Shown piece by piece: positions 19,933 to 29,413 of a stretch of DNA of 54,597 nucleotides. The translations under genes and the position numbers were made by a program. Under the pieces are notes generated by a model, which was not told where the DNA came from, ran no database searches, and saw only the letters and a program-made list of their open reading frames with translations. Source of the DNA: Verrucomicrobiota bacterium (GTDB lineage: Bacteria; Verrucomicrobiota; Verrucomicrobiia; JABWAM01); assembly GCA_013288215.1 (NCBI GenBank), contig JABDCI010000008.1, positions 1 through 54,597 of the forward strand, read 5' to 3'. The number at the start of each line of letters is the position of its first letter. Within the stretch, counting starts at the first letter, position 1.

Positions 19933-20457
19933 TCAATTTTGAATGAGCTGCAGCATCGCGCGCATCCGCATGCCCATCTGTTTTGCGAGCGCGAGCAGGA
20001 TCTTCGACGCGAGCACCGGATTATGTTTCATCAAATCGAAAAGCTCTGTGTGATAAAAGCCCAACAGCTCCGTTTTTTCGCTCGCGGTCGCCGTTGCGGA
20101 ACGGCCACTCCCGTCGATGAAGCTCACTTCCCCAAATGCTTCACCCGGCGGAAGTTTCGCCACCTTGCCCTTGCCGGAATGATCAAGCTTGCCTATGACC
20201 ACTTCGCCGCGCAGGACGACGTAAAGGCCAAATCCTGGCTCTCCTTCGTTAAAAATCGTTTCACCAGCCGCAAAGGTCCGTTCGTGAAGAAGATGAAGCA
20301 AATGAACAAGTTCTTGGTCCGTCAACTCACCAAAAATAAAAGTTTTTTTGAGAAGCTGGATGACGTCTTTCTGATGCGGATCCAGTCTCCGGAAGATCAG
20401 CGAGACAATAGGCAAATGTCGTACCTTGGCCAGGATGCTTGTACCAGGAAGCGACAT
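19933..20457 (-). CDS. Stand-alone cyclic-nucleotide-binding domain protein
   Basis: IFNEGEPG, LYVVLRGEV, GEAFGEVSF, RSATATA. No HTH domain follows. Confidence 0.88.
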   Translation of the reverse strand: MSLPGTSILAKVRHLPIVSLIFRRLDPHQKDVIQLLKKTFIFGELTDQELVHLLHLLHERTFAAGETIFNEGEPGFGLYVVLRGEVVIGKLDHSGKGKVAKLPPGEAFGEVSFIDGSGRSATATASEKTELLGFYHTELFDLMKHNPVLASKILLALAKQMGMRMRAMLQLIQN

Positions 20458-20733
20458 CCTTCTATACGACAGGATTCCAAGAATGAGTCAAGTTCTGGCT
20501 GATCCTGCCGATGGAGACGGGAAGGATAATTGTGCCTTTTTCCGATCATTTGGACGATCCAACAACACCGCCTCCTAGCCTCGGATTCAAAATCATGAAT
20601 GGAAATACCGTCACTTTGGCCGCGAACAACGTTCCTAAGACCCTGGATATCGGCCAATCGGGCCATCCCTATTCCCCCATTGCATCGCAAGGTTTGAATC
20701 GCAGCATTCCTTTTTTCGTGCCTATATTCCTTT

Positions 20734-21273
20734 ATGCGATGCTTTGTCGCAGTTGAATTGCCGGATTCTCTCAGGACTGAAATCCTCGCATTTCAGTCCG
20801 AGCTTCACATGCTCATGCCGCGTCTGCGGCTGATCCCGGCAGAAAATCTGCATCTTACACTCGTCTTTCTTGGCAACCTGGAGGCCAACCGCGTGTCTCA
20901 GGTCCAATCCCTCACAGCACAAATTGAAATCTCCCGATTCGAAATCGCTCCAGCAGGACTCAGCGCCTTTCCGACTCTCAGCCGTCCGCACGTAATCTGG
21001 ATTGGACTGCAAGGTCAGGTGCAGCAGCTCACCGCACTTTTTCAGCAACTTGCGTCCAAGTTCTCCACGCTCGGACTCACTCTTGAGGATCGCGACTACA
21101 TCCCACATATCACCATCGCCAAACTCGACCGAGTGAAACGGATCGAACCCATTCCTCCCGTGCCGCCGTGGAGTTTTTCGCCCTTTCCAGTCGAACGCAT
21201 CCATCTGTTCGAATCCATCCCGCCGCGTCCCTATCGCAAGCTCGCCTCAAGCTGCAGCACGCCATCTCCTTGA
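20734..21273 (+). CDS. thpR: RNA 2',3'-cyclic phosphodiesterase (2H family)
   Basis: MRCFVAVEL, two HxT motifs (HLTLVFLG, PHITIAK), LFES. Confidence 0.9.
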   Translation: MRCFVAVELPDSLRTEILAFQSELHMLMPRLRLIPAENLHLTLVFLGNLEANRVSQVQSLTAQIEISRFEIAPAGLSAFPTLSRPHVIWIGLQGQVQQLTALFQQLASKFSTLGLTLEDRDYIPHITIAKLDRVKRIEPIPPVPPWSFSPFPVERIHLFESIPPRPYRKLASSCSTPSP

Positions 21274-21423
21274 AGATTTTACGCTTGCCGATATGTTTTC
21301 CCATGAAGAAACTTATCGGCATTGCCATTGCGCGCCCCGAGATGGTGCTCGTTGGCCAAGGCTACACCAAGGCCCTTCGAAGTTGATTTTTCCATCGAAC
21401 CTTTCTATGCATGGAACTGTCCG

Positions 21424-23091
21424 ATGCCTGTGAAAAAGCCAGCGCCCACGCGCAAATCTTCAGACTCTGTCGCTCCACAGAACAGATCCACGTCTAGGAA
21501 GAAAGATTTGGCTCCCGCACTTTCCCTTCCTGCTAAACCTGAAACGTTGACTGAAGCCGACCGCATCGCGGCAAAGCAAAGGGATATTTCCGTTTCGGAA
21601 TTTTTCCTTAAAAATCGACACCTCCTTGGCTTTGATAACCCCAAGAAAGCGCTCCTGACCACCATCAAGGAAGCTGTTGACAACAGCCTGGATGCCTGTG
21701 AAGAGGCGCATCTCCTTCCCGAAATCCTGATCGAAGTGAAACAAATTCAAGAGGATCGCTTCATTGTCATTGTGGAGGACAATGGGCCCGGAGTCGTGAA
21801 AGAACAGATTCCAAAAATCTTTGGAAAATTGCTTTATGGATCCAAGTTTCACTCGATGAAGCAGAGCCGGGGGCAGCAGGGCATCGGCATCTCCGCTGCC
21901 GGCATGTATGGTCAGCTCACCACGGGTACGCCCACTAAAATCACCTCGCGCATCTCGTCCAGAAAACCTGCCCACTATTTTGAAATTCACATCGACACCG
22001 CCAAAAACCTGCCGACGATCGTGAAGGATGAAGTTGTCGATTGGAAACCGCCTCATGGAACGCGTGTGGAAATCGAGCTCGAAGGCAAATATCAGAAGGG
22101 CCGTCACTCGGTGGAGGATTACGTCCGGCAAACCGTCATCGCCAATCCCCACGCAACCATCACCTATCTCCTTCCCACAGGAGAAAGAGAAGCATACAAA
22201 GCGGCAAGCCGCCAATTTCCCATCACGCCACGCGAAATCAAACCCCACCCTCACGGCATCGAACTGGGCATTTTGATGAAGATGTTGAAATCGACGACCT
22301 CACGGAGAGTGAAAGCATTTCTGAGCACCGACTTCGCGCGGGTCTCCAGCGCCGTCGCCACGAACATTCTGAAAACGGCCGGCATTTCCGATGCAGCGAG
22401 GCCGAAGGACATCGCTCACAATGAAGCCGACAAACTTTATCGCGCCATCAATGCCACAAAATTGATGAAACCGCCGACAGACTGCCTGTCCCCCATCGGA
22501 GAAAATGCTCTCCTGCAGGGGATCAAAAAAAACGTCGAAGCCGATTTTTACACGGCGATCACCCGACCTCCAGCTGTCTACCGAGGAAATCCATTCCAAA
22601 TCGAAGTCGCCATCGCCTATGGCGGTAAACTTCCCGCAGAGGAGTTCGTGGATCTGATGCGTTTTGCTAATCGCGTGCCCCTCCTTTACCAGCAAAGCGC
22701 TTGCGCGATTTCCAAGAGCGTCCTGCAAACAAGCTGGCGCAACTATGGCATCGATCAATCCAAGGGCGCTCTTCCCTCGGGTCCGATTCTCATGGCGGTT
22801 CACATGGCGAGCGTTTGGGTGCCATTCACTTCCGAATCGAAAGAAGCGGTGGCGTCCTACCCCGAAATCATCCACGAAATCAAACTTGCTTTGCAGGAAT
22901 GCGGGCGCCGGCTGGACGCCTTTATTCGCAAAGGGCGCCGCGAAGCTGAAGCTCGTAGGAAGAAAGACTACATCAAGTCCTATTTGCCTCACATCGGCAT
23001 CGGCCTGCGTGAAATTCTTTCATTCAAAGAAAAGGATGAAAAAAAAATCCTGGATCTGCTCACCGACATCTTGGAAAGGTCCAGAGAATGA
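21424..23091 (+). CDS. top6B: DNA topoisomerase VI subunit B
   Basis: ISVSEFFLKN, GHKL motifs (KEAVDNSLDACEE, EDNGPG, SRGQQGIGISAA, HGTRV), KPHPHG, RFANRVPLLY, VPFTSESKEA. Confidence 0.95.
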   Translation: MPVKKPAPTRKSSDSVAPQNRSTSRKKDLAPALSLPAKPETLTEADRIAAKQRDISVSEFFLKNRHLLGFDNPKKALLTTIKEAVDNSLDACEEAHLLPEILIEVKQIQEDRFIVIVEDNGPGVVKEQIPKIFGKLLYGSKFHSMKQSRGQQGIGISAAGMYGQLTTGTPTKITSRISSRKPAHYFEIHIDTAKNLPTIVKDEVVDWKPPHGTRVEIELEGKYQKGRHSVEDYVRQTVIANPHATITYLLPTGEREAYKAASRQFPITPREIKPHPHGIELGILMKMLKSTTSRRVKAFLSTDFARVSSAVATNILKTAGISDAARPKDIAHNEADKLYRAINATKLMKPPTDCLSPIGENALLQGIKKNVEADFYTAITRPPAVYRGNPFQIEVAIAYGGKLPAEEFVDLMRFANRVPLLYQQSACAISKSVLQTSWRNYGIDQSKGALPSGPILMAVHMASVWVPFTSESKEAVASYPEIIHEIKLALQECGRRLDAFIRKGRREAEARRKKDYIKSYLPHIGIGLREILSFKEKDEKKILDLLTDILERSRE

Positions 23092-23224
23092 ATGTCCTCC
23101 CAAAGATGCGAACACGGGTTATTGAATCAGAGACTGTTTTAACAGCAAATGACGGAAACAGCCCATGAGATGAGTCCTTCTTCGAGGCTCTTTCCCGTCC
23201 CTCCGCACCTTCTTCATAAATTTT

Positions 23225-24316
23225 ATGGACAAGAAAACCGAAAAAATGATCCGCGATACCGCCGATCTTCTCTACCAGACGATCTTGAAGAAGCATGTCC
23301 CGTCACTCGACTTCCCATTGCGTAGCCTTGATAACGTGATATACGACAAGAAAAAGGGCTTCTTCGAAATCGGCGACAAAGTCAAAGAGCGCACGCTCAG
23401 CTACAATACGGTCAAAACATTCGCACAGGTGATGCGCATGATGGCACTTTCCCACGAAATTGTGCGCAAAGACGACATGGCGACAAAACGCGAAGCTTAT
23501 TATGTTTCCAAAAACTGGGGCGAGGCACGCTTTCTCGAACAACCCGAGTCCGACGCGATCATGGATGACATGGAGGCTCATTTCCGAGTCAACCGTGAAC
23601 GACTTGGATTTATTCCGGAGGAAAAAGGCGGCGATGTCGCCGGCAAACTCATCGTCCTGGACAAGGACCCTGACACCGGAAAGAAAATTGAAATCGACTG
23701 CACAAAATTTGGCACCGGTTCTTATTCGATCCCAACAGCCTGCGAAGAACTGGAATTCAAAACCGACGCAAAATTCATCCTGGCCATCGAAACTGCCGGC
23801 ATGTTCCAGCGCCTCGTAAAACATAATTTTTACACCACTGCCAATTGCATCCTGATTTCGCTCGGAGGCGTGCCGACGCGTGCGTGCCGGCGGTTTATCC
23901 GCCGTCTTGCAGATGAGAAAAAACTCACCGTGTACGCGTTCGTCGACGGCGACCCCTATGGGATGACGAACATCTATCGCACCCTTAAAGTCGGTTCGGG
24001 TAATAACGCGCACCTCAACCGTTTTTTTTGCGTGCCTCAGGCGAGCTATCTCGGCGTCACGCCTCAGGACATCATTGACTTCAAGCTCCAGGACGCCACC
24101 CATCCGCTGCAAGAAGTCGATGTGAAGCGCGCCAAGGACGCGCTCAAGAACGATCCATTTATCAAATTCCACAAGCCATGGCGAGACGCGATCGAGCAGA
24201 TGCTGCGGATGGGCGTACGTGTGGAACAACAGGCGTTCGCAAAACATGGGCTCAATCACGTCATCGAAAAATATCTTCCGACAAAACTGAAAAATCCACA
24301 GAAGTTCCTGCCTTGA
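23225..24316 (+). CDS. top6A: DNA topoisomerase VI subunit A (Spo11-like)
   Basis: TKREAYY (catalytic Tyr region), QPESD, AIETAGMF, GVPTRACRRF, TOPRIM DGDPYG, EQQA. Confidence 0.95.
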   Translation: MDKKTEKMIRDTADLLYQTILKKHVPSLDFPLRSLDNVIYDKKKGFFEIGDKVKERTLSYNTVKTFAQVMRMMALSHEIVRKDDMATKREAYYVSKNWGEARFLEQPESDAIMDDMEAHFRVNRERLGFIPEEKGGDVAGKLIVLDKDPDTGKKIEIDCTKFGTGSYSIPTACEELEFKTDAKFILAIETAGMFQRLVKHNFYTTANCILISLGGVPTRACRRFIRRLADEKKLTVYAFVDGDPYGMTNIYRTLKVGSGNNAHLNRFFCVPQASYLGVTPQDIIDFKLQDATHPLQEVDVKRAKDALKNDPFIKFHKPWRDAIEQMLRMGVRVEQQAFAKHGLNHVIEKYLPTKLKNPQKFLP

Positions 24317-24490
24317 TGTTGGATTTCTGCCTCTGCTGCACGGCTTTCGTACTCACAATGACTCGAGCCATCAGGCCGAGTGGCAGAGCCGATCAAATGC
24401 CATATCTTGAACCCATGAATCGTGGATATTCCCACTCACAAGCATGCAGGATAAGATCGCGTTTTGGGAACTCACGTATAAAATGAATTC

Positions 24491-25297
24491 ATGAAGTTCT
24501 CAAAGCTCTTCCAGGTCAAATACGGTAAAAAAGTACGTTTCTCGCACTACGATCCCAGTTTCACGGCCGGATTCAAAAAAGACCAAGTGGAGAAAATTCT
24601 GGTCAAGGATATCGCGAGCATCGTGGATCTGGAATACCGTCTTTATGCTGAAGGAGAAAGATCCCTTCTCATCGTCTTGCAAGCAATGGATAGCGCCGGC
24701 AAAGACGGCGTCATCCGACATGTCATGTCGGGTTTTAATCCCCAGAGCTGTAAAGTCACTGCTTTCAAGGTTCCATCCGCAGAGGAAGCTGCTCATGATT
24801 TTCTCTGGCGCGTTCATAAAGCCATTCCCTCCAAGGGAGAGATCGGCATTTTCAATCGTTCCCATTATGAGGAAGTCCTTGTGGTGCGCGTCCACAGTCT
24901 GCAGCCGAAAAAAGTTTGGTCGCGGCGTTATGATGAAATCAACGCCTTCGAAGAATTTCTCGCAAAGAACGGCGTGACCATTCTCAAATTCTTTCTTCAC
25001 ATCAGCAAAGATGAACAGAAGAAACGGTTGCAGGCACGACTGGATGATACTAAGAAAAATTGGAAGCTCGATCCGCACGACCTCAAGGAGCGCAAATATT
25101 GGACCGATTACATGCTTGCATACGAGGAAGTGTTGAGCCGCTGCAGCACCAAGCGCGCTCCCTGGTTCATCATTCCAGCGAATCGAAAGTGGTTTCGCAA
25201 CCTCGCCATTTCGCGCATCATCATCGAGCATCTTCAAGCCATGGAGATCAAGACACCCAAACCGAAATTCGACTTGTCGAATATCGTTGTGAAGTGA
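24491..25297 (+). CDS. ppk2: Polyphosphate kinase 2 family protein (class III-like)
   Basis: LQAMDSAGKDG, HDFLWR, FNRSHYEEVL, KFFLHISKDEQ, PWFIIPANRKWFR. Confidence 0.92.
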   Translation: MKFSKLFQVKYGKKVRFSHYDPSFTAGFKKDQVEKILVKDIASIVDLEYRLYAEGERSLLIVLQAMDSAGKDGVIRHVMSGFNPQSCKVTAFKVPSAEEAAHDFLWRVHKAIPSKGEIGIFNRSHYEEVLVVRVHSLQPKKVWSRRYDEINAFEEFLAKNGVTILKFFLHISKDEQKKRLQARLDDTKKNWKLDPHDLKERKYWTDYMLAYEEVLSRCSTKRAPWFIIPANRKWFRNLAISRIIIEHLQAMEIKTPKPKFDLSNIVVK

Positions 25298-25324
25298 GCT
25301 CCTCGTCAAGCCGCGCGCTTTTCT

Positions 25325-25396
25325 TCAGCTTTTTGCGGCCGGCAATTGAATCCAAAACTTGCTGCCGGTCACGCCGTCCGATTCAACTCCGATTTT
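25325..25396 (-). pseudogene. C-terminal remnant of a histidine kinase (end of HATPase_c)
   Basis: The minus strand encodes KIGVESDGVTGSKFWIQLPAAKS*, typical of the last strands of HATPase_c. No upstream kinase sequence remains. Confidence 0.6.
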
Positions 25397-25514
25397 TCGA
25401 CGGCGCAATTTCAAAATGCATCATCCTTTGGATCTCAATGGACATTTGTTAAGCTCTTACTTCTAATCCAAATCTCTCAAAAAAACCGGGACACTCTCTT
25501 ATTTTAAAGTTTCC

Positions 25515-26429
25515 ATGCCCCACAACCGTCATATCGCATCCTTCATTGCCCTGGTTTTTCTCACAATCGGCTTCCTAATTTTTTTCGATATCTGCAGGGC
25601 TCAAACAACGAAAGAATTCCGCACTGCTGGCAGTTCATCAACGGCTCTGGCCCCGGCCTCCTCTTCTCAGCAAACAGACTCAAAAGTTGGAATGACAGAC
25701 GCCGTGTCAAATGAGACAAACGGCGTTTCCTCTACTTGCGGTGTCATTGTTCTTGGATATCATCAGTTCACAGGTCCCAGTAAAAAGTCGAAAAATATTT
25801 ATGTCATGAGCCAGGATGTCTTTGAAACTGAAATGCAGTTTCTCAAGGAAAATGGCTACCATGTTGTCTCGCTGGAAGACCTTCTTCACTTTCTCAAACA
25901 TGAAATCAGTCTGCCAACCCAGTCTGTGGCGATCACCATCGACGATGGCTACAAAAGTGTTGTCACTTACGCCGCACCTGTCTTAAAAAATCATGGCTAT
26001 CCGTGGACCTTTTTTGTTTATACCGATTTTATTGGAACTTCTTCCCAATCCGCAAGCTGGCAGGATTTGTTAAATCTTCAAGCCGATGGCGTGGACATCG
26101 AATGTCACTCTAAGGATCATCCCTTTCTTAACCATAAGAATGGAAAGACTCCTGAGCAATATGACCAATGGCTGACAGATGAAATCGTCGTTTCCAAATC
26201 CATTTTGGAACAGAAGTTGGGGAAGCCAATCCATTTTTTTGCGTATCCTTACGGGGCATACAATCAAGAGGTTCAGACAAAAATCATCGATGCGGGTTAT
26301 GATGGCATCTTCACTGTCGCAAATAATCCGGTCTATTCCACGACTTCGCCCTTCAGCATAGGCCGTTATGTCATCACCAAAGGCGAAGAAAAACTTTTTG
26401 CTGCATTTTTACGTGAAGGCGTGCATTGA
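25515..26429 (+). CDS. Polysaccharide deacetylase (CE4/NodB, exported)
   Basis: N-terminal hydrophobic segment, VLGYHQF, ITIDDGY, CHSKDH, FAYPYG. Confidence 0.9.
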   Translation: MPHNRHIASFIALVFLTIGFLIFFDICRAQTTKEFRTAGSSSTALAPASSSQQTDSKVGMTDAVSNETNGVSSTCGVIVLGYHQFTGPSKKSKNIYVMSQDVFETEMQFLKENGYHVVSLEDLLHFLKHEISLPTQSVAITIDDGYKSVVTYAAPVLKNHGYPWTFFVYTDFIGTSSQSASWQDLLNLQADGVDIECHSKDHPFLNHKNGKTPEQYDQWLTDEIVVSKSILEQKLGKPIHFFAYPYGAYNQEVQTKIIDAGYDGIFTVANNPVYSTTSPFSIGRYVITKGEEKLFAAFLREGVH

Positions 26430-26477
26430 CGATGATCCCCAAAATGATCTATTGAAGTGGGATTTCATTCACTCGGC

Positions 26478-27014
26478 ATGAAACCAAAATATTACCGGGA
26501 CGGTGGAACTGAAGAGTTGATCCGTTTTGCCATTGGCGAATGCTCGCTCGGTTTGATCCTTGTTGCCATGTCGGGAAAAGGGATTTGTGCCATCCTGATG
26601 GGCGAGGACCCCAACCTCATCACCCAAGACCTTCAAGACCGCTTTCCAAACGCCAATCTGATCGGCGGCGACCGCGACTTCGAAAAGATGGTGGCCAAAA
26701 TTGTCGCGTTCGTCGAGGGGCCGAAAGTCGGTTTGGATTTACCCCTCGATGTGCGAGGCACGGTTTTCCAACAAAAAGTGTGGCAGGCCCTTCGTAAGAT
26801 TCCGGTCGGCTCGACCGCAAGCTATACCGATATTGCACAACGTATCAGCGCGCCGAAAGCGGTCCGGGCCGTTGCCCAAGCATGTGCCTCAAACCCCATC
26901 GCGGTCGCCATTCCCTGCCACCGGGTCTTGCGCAACGACGGCAAGCTTTCGGGCTACCGGTGGGGTGTCCAGCGAAAGAGAATGCTGCTTGAGCGGGAGA
27001 TGACCTGCCAATAA
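26478..27014 (+). CDS. Methylated-DNA-protein-cysteine methyltransferase (C-terminal half of Ada)
   Basis: GTVFQQKVWQAL, AVRAVAQACASN, active site IPCHRV, GYRWG. Confidence 0.88.
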   Translation: MKPKYYRDGGTEELIRFAIGECSLGLILVAMSGKGICAILMGEDPNLITQDLQDRFPNANLIGGDRDFEKMVAKIVAFVEGPKVGLDLPLDVRGTVFQQKVWQALRKIPVGSTASYTDIAQRISAPKAVRAVAQACASNPIAVAIPCHRVLRNDGKLSGYRWGVQRKRMLLEREMTCQ

Positions 27015-27299
27015 AAAGTCCTTAGGACTTCCGAAAAAACATTTGGGGGGGTCGCTTTGGGGTAAAAACGCCGACAAAGGGCTCCTTCCATTGCGAGAAT
27101 CGCCATGGACGAGGGTTTTCCGGAACGACCGACACATCGTCCAATTTGGAGTTTCTTTATCCACTCACTCGAGATGAGTCACAATGTAACCAGTACTGGC
27201 CGGTTTCTGCCGATTTGATGCTTGAACATCGGCCAAAAGCGCGAAAAATGCATTGTTTCGATGCGTCTTGATCAAAATGAGGGGGATCCATGGGACTCC

Positions 27300-27800
27300 A
27301 TGGATGAGAACGAGGATTTTTCCGGTATTCTTGTCGGAGAACATGAAGGCACTGTCGTTTTTCTCATTCGAGGCAAGGGAACGCAGCTGAACAGCCATTT
27401 GCTGAAACAATATCTGCTGGAATGTTTGGAACAGAACAAGACACTCTTCCAGATCGATCTGACTTCGTGCACCTACATGGACAGCACCTTCCTCGGCACC
27501 CTGGCGGGCCTCTCATCCAAGGTTCGGGCACGCGCATCCACTCTCATCCAGATTCTCAATCCCACGGACCGCATCATGGTCATGCTGGAAAATCTCGGGA
27601 TCGAGTCGTTGTTTCAAATCACGCGTCAGACCGTTCAACCTGGAAACATGCTGGAACTCGAGGCCGGACAGGTTTCGAAGGAAGCCAAGTCCCAGGAAAT
27701 GCTTGAAGCGCACGAAAAACTTTCTGAAATCTCTCCCGCGAACGCAGCGAAATTTCGCGACATCGTCACGCTTCTGCGCAAAAGAGGTAACAGACCTTGA
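27300..27800 (+). CDS. STAS-domain anti-sigma factor antagonist
   Basis: IDLTSCTYMDSTFLGTL, and C-terminal MLEAHEKL...NAAKFRDIV. Confidence 0.85.
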   Translation: MDENEDFSGILVGEHEGTVVFLIRGKGTQLNSHLLKQYLLECLEQNKTLFQIDLTSCTYMDSTFLGTLAGLSSKVRARASTLIQILNPTDRIMVMLENLGIESLFQITRQTVQPGNMLELEAGQVSKEAKSQEMLEAHEKLSEISPANAAKFRDIVTLLRKRGNRP

Positions 27801-27917
27801 ACGATTGACGATCGGCTGTTTGATTGTCAGGATGCCCCGGTGCAAGCGCTTCTTTCGGGGAGCGAGTCGTGCTATTTCCAGGAGTCTTTGTTGGTTTTGC
27901 GTTGATGGTTCAGCGCT

Positions 27918-29171
27918 TCAAGCCTTGAGCTTCACCCATACCAGCAGGCCGGCCATGGCAGCCAACGTCACCGGCACGCCCAAGCGGGCGAAATCACGGA
28001 AGGAAATGTTGATCCCCAGTTCGCGCGCTTGTTGGACGACGATGATGTTGGACACGCTGCCGAGGATGATGAGGCTGCCGCCAAAGCTGTTGGCCAAGGC
28101 CAACACATAGGCCGTCGGCAGATGAGCCACGTTAACCACCTTCACGAGCAGCAGCACCGCAGCGGAGTTATTGACCAGATTGGAAAGCACGGCCGTCACC
28201 AGGGCCAGCATGGAGAGCGATTGGAGGTTCAAGCCTCCGCGCGCGAGCCAGTGCACGGCTTGTTCGCCGCAACCTGTGGCCTGGAAGACGCCGGTTACCA
28301 CGAACAATCCCATAAACAAGACCAGAATGGGCCAGTCCACCAGCCCTAGCAAATCTTCGGTGCGGAATTTCGTGCTAGCGAGATGAATTCCAGCGGCGGT
28401 CAAGGCAATGATTTCCTTGGGCACCGACGAAAAAAAGAACGCAATGACCAATCCCAGGATGACCAAACCTTTTATCGTGTGCGGGCGGTTGAACGGAGTG
28501 GGAGATGGCTTTACGCTGGCCGGCACCGACGCAGTGGACGCGAGATCATAGCGGGACATCGTCCAAATGAGCGCATAAGCACAACTGAGTGCAAACAACA
28601 CCGGCAAGATACACCAAAATGCGTAGCGCCCGAAATCCAGCCCGGCAATCTGGGCAATCATCATATCTTGCGGATTGCCGACCAGTGTGGCGGCCGCACC
28701 GATGTTGCTGGCAATCGCCAACGCGATGAGGAATGGGACGGGATTGAGTTGCCGGCGGAGCAAGGCGGTCGCCACGACCGGCGTGAAGACAAAACAGACA
28801 ATGTCATGGTTCAGAAACGCCGACAACCCCGCTGTCACCAGCATCAGGGTCAGCAAAAACCGCGCGGGATTTTCGAGCTGTGCCGAAATGTTGTTGGCGA
28901 CCTGATCGAAAAAACCAGACAGGCGCAACTGTGCCGACAGGACAAAAAAACCGAACAAGAGAAGGACCGTTGGCCAGTTGATGAAACCGATCACAGTCGT
29001 CGTCGGCAGACCGGAAAAGATCAGGATCGCAATCGCACCCAGCAACGCGATGCCGGTACGGTTCAATTTCAAGCCCGGCACATGACCCAACGCGATGCCG
29101 AAATAGGTGAGCGCGAAAATTGCCAACACCGCCGGCGTTGCGGGAGAAGGGTTGACGGTGGGGACACTCAT
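27918..29171 (-). CDS. ArsB/NhaD (SLC13-like) anion transporter
   Basis: LNRTGIALLGA, SAFLNHD, ASNIGAAATLVGNPQ, SNLVNNSAA, GSVSNIIV. Confidence 0.88.
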   Translation of the reverse strand: MSVPTVNPSPATPAVLAIFALTYFGIALGHVPGLKLNRTGIALLGAIAILIFSGLPTTTVIGFINWPTVLLLFGFFVLSAQLRLSGFFDQVANNISAQLENPARFLLTLMLVTAGLSAFLNHDIVCFVFTPVVATALLRRQLNPVPFLIALAIASNIGAAATLVGNPQDMMIAQIAGLDFGRYAFWCILPVLFALSCAYALIWTMSRYDLASTASVPASVKPSPTPFNRPHTIKGLVILGLVIAFFFSSVPKEIIALTAAGIHLASTKFRTEDLLGLVDWPILVLFMGLFVVTGVFQATGCGEQAVHWLARGGLNLQSLSMLALVTAVLSNLVNNSAAVLLLVKVVNVAHLPTAYVLALANSFGGSLIILGSVSNIIVVQQARELGINISFRDFARLGVPVTLAAMAGLLVWVKLKA

Positions 29172-29413
29172 ACCGGGCCTTTGGCGCAGGTCTGCAACTG
29201 AGTTGCGATTGTGGTCCGGCTCTATGCTATCCCGTCATGAATGGACGTCAAACCTCGATTTTAACAGGAATGCGAGCTTGAATGCTTTATCGGTGCCGGT
29301 TCGAAAAAGGGTTATTCAAACACTTGATTGGAAAAGCATGCTTTTGTCGCATCCACTGGAACCTCCCCGTTCTTACGGCCGAAGGATTTATTCGCGCTGA
29401 CCAATGCAGATTA

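Noticed and set aside
20397-20756. Short ORFs on both strands between the cNMP gene and thpR
   Set aside because: No convincing family motif. More likely a divergent promoter region or unrecognisable debris.
27016-27062. Short inverted repeat AAGTCC-TTA-GGACTT and a G7 run after the Ada-like gene
   Set aside because: A single short occurrence with no supporting context for a terminator, operator or phase-variable tract.
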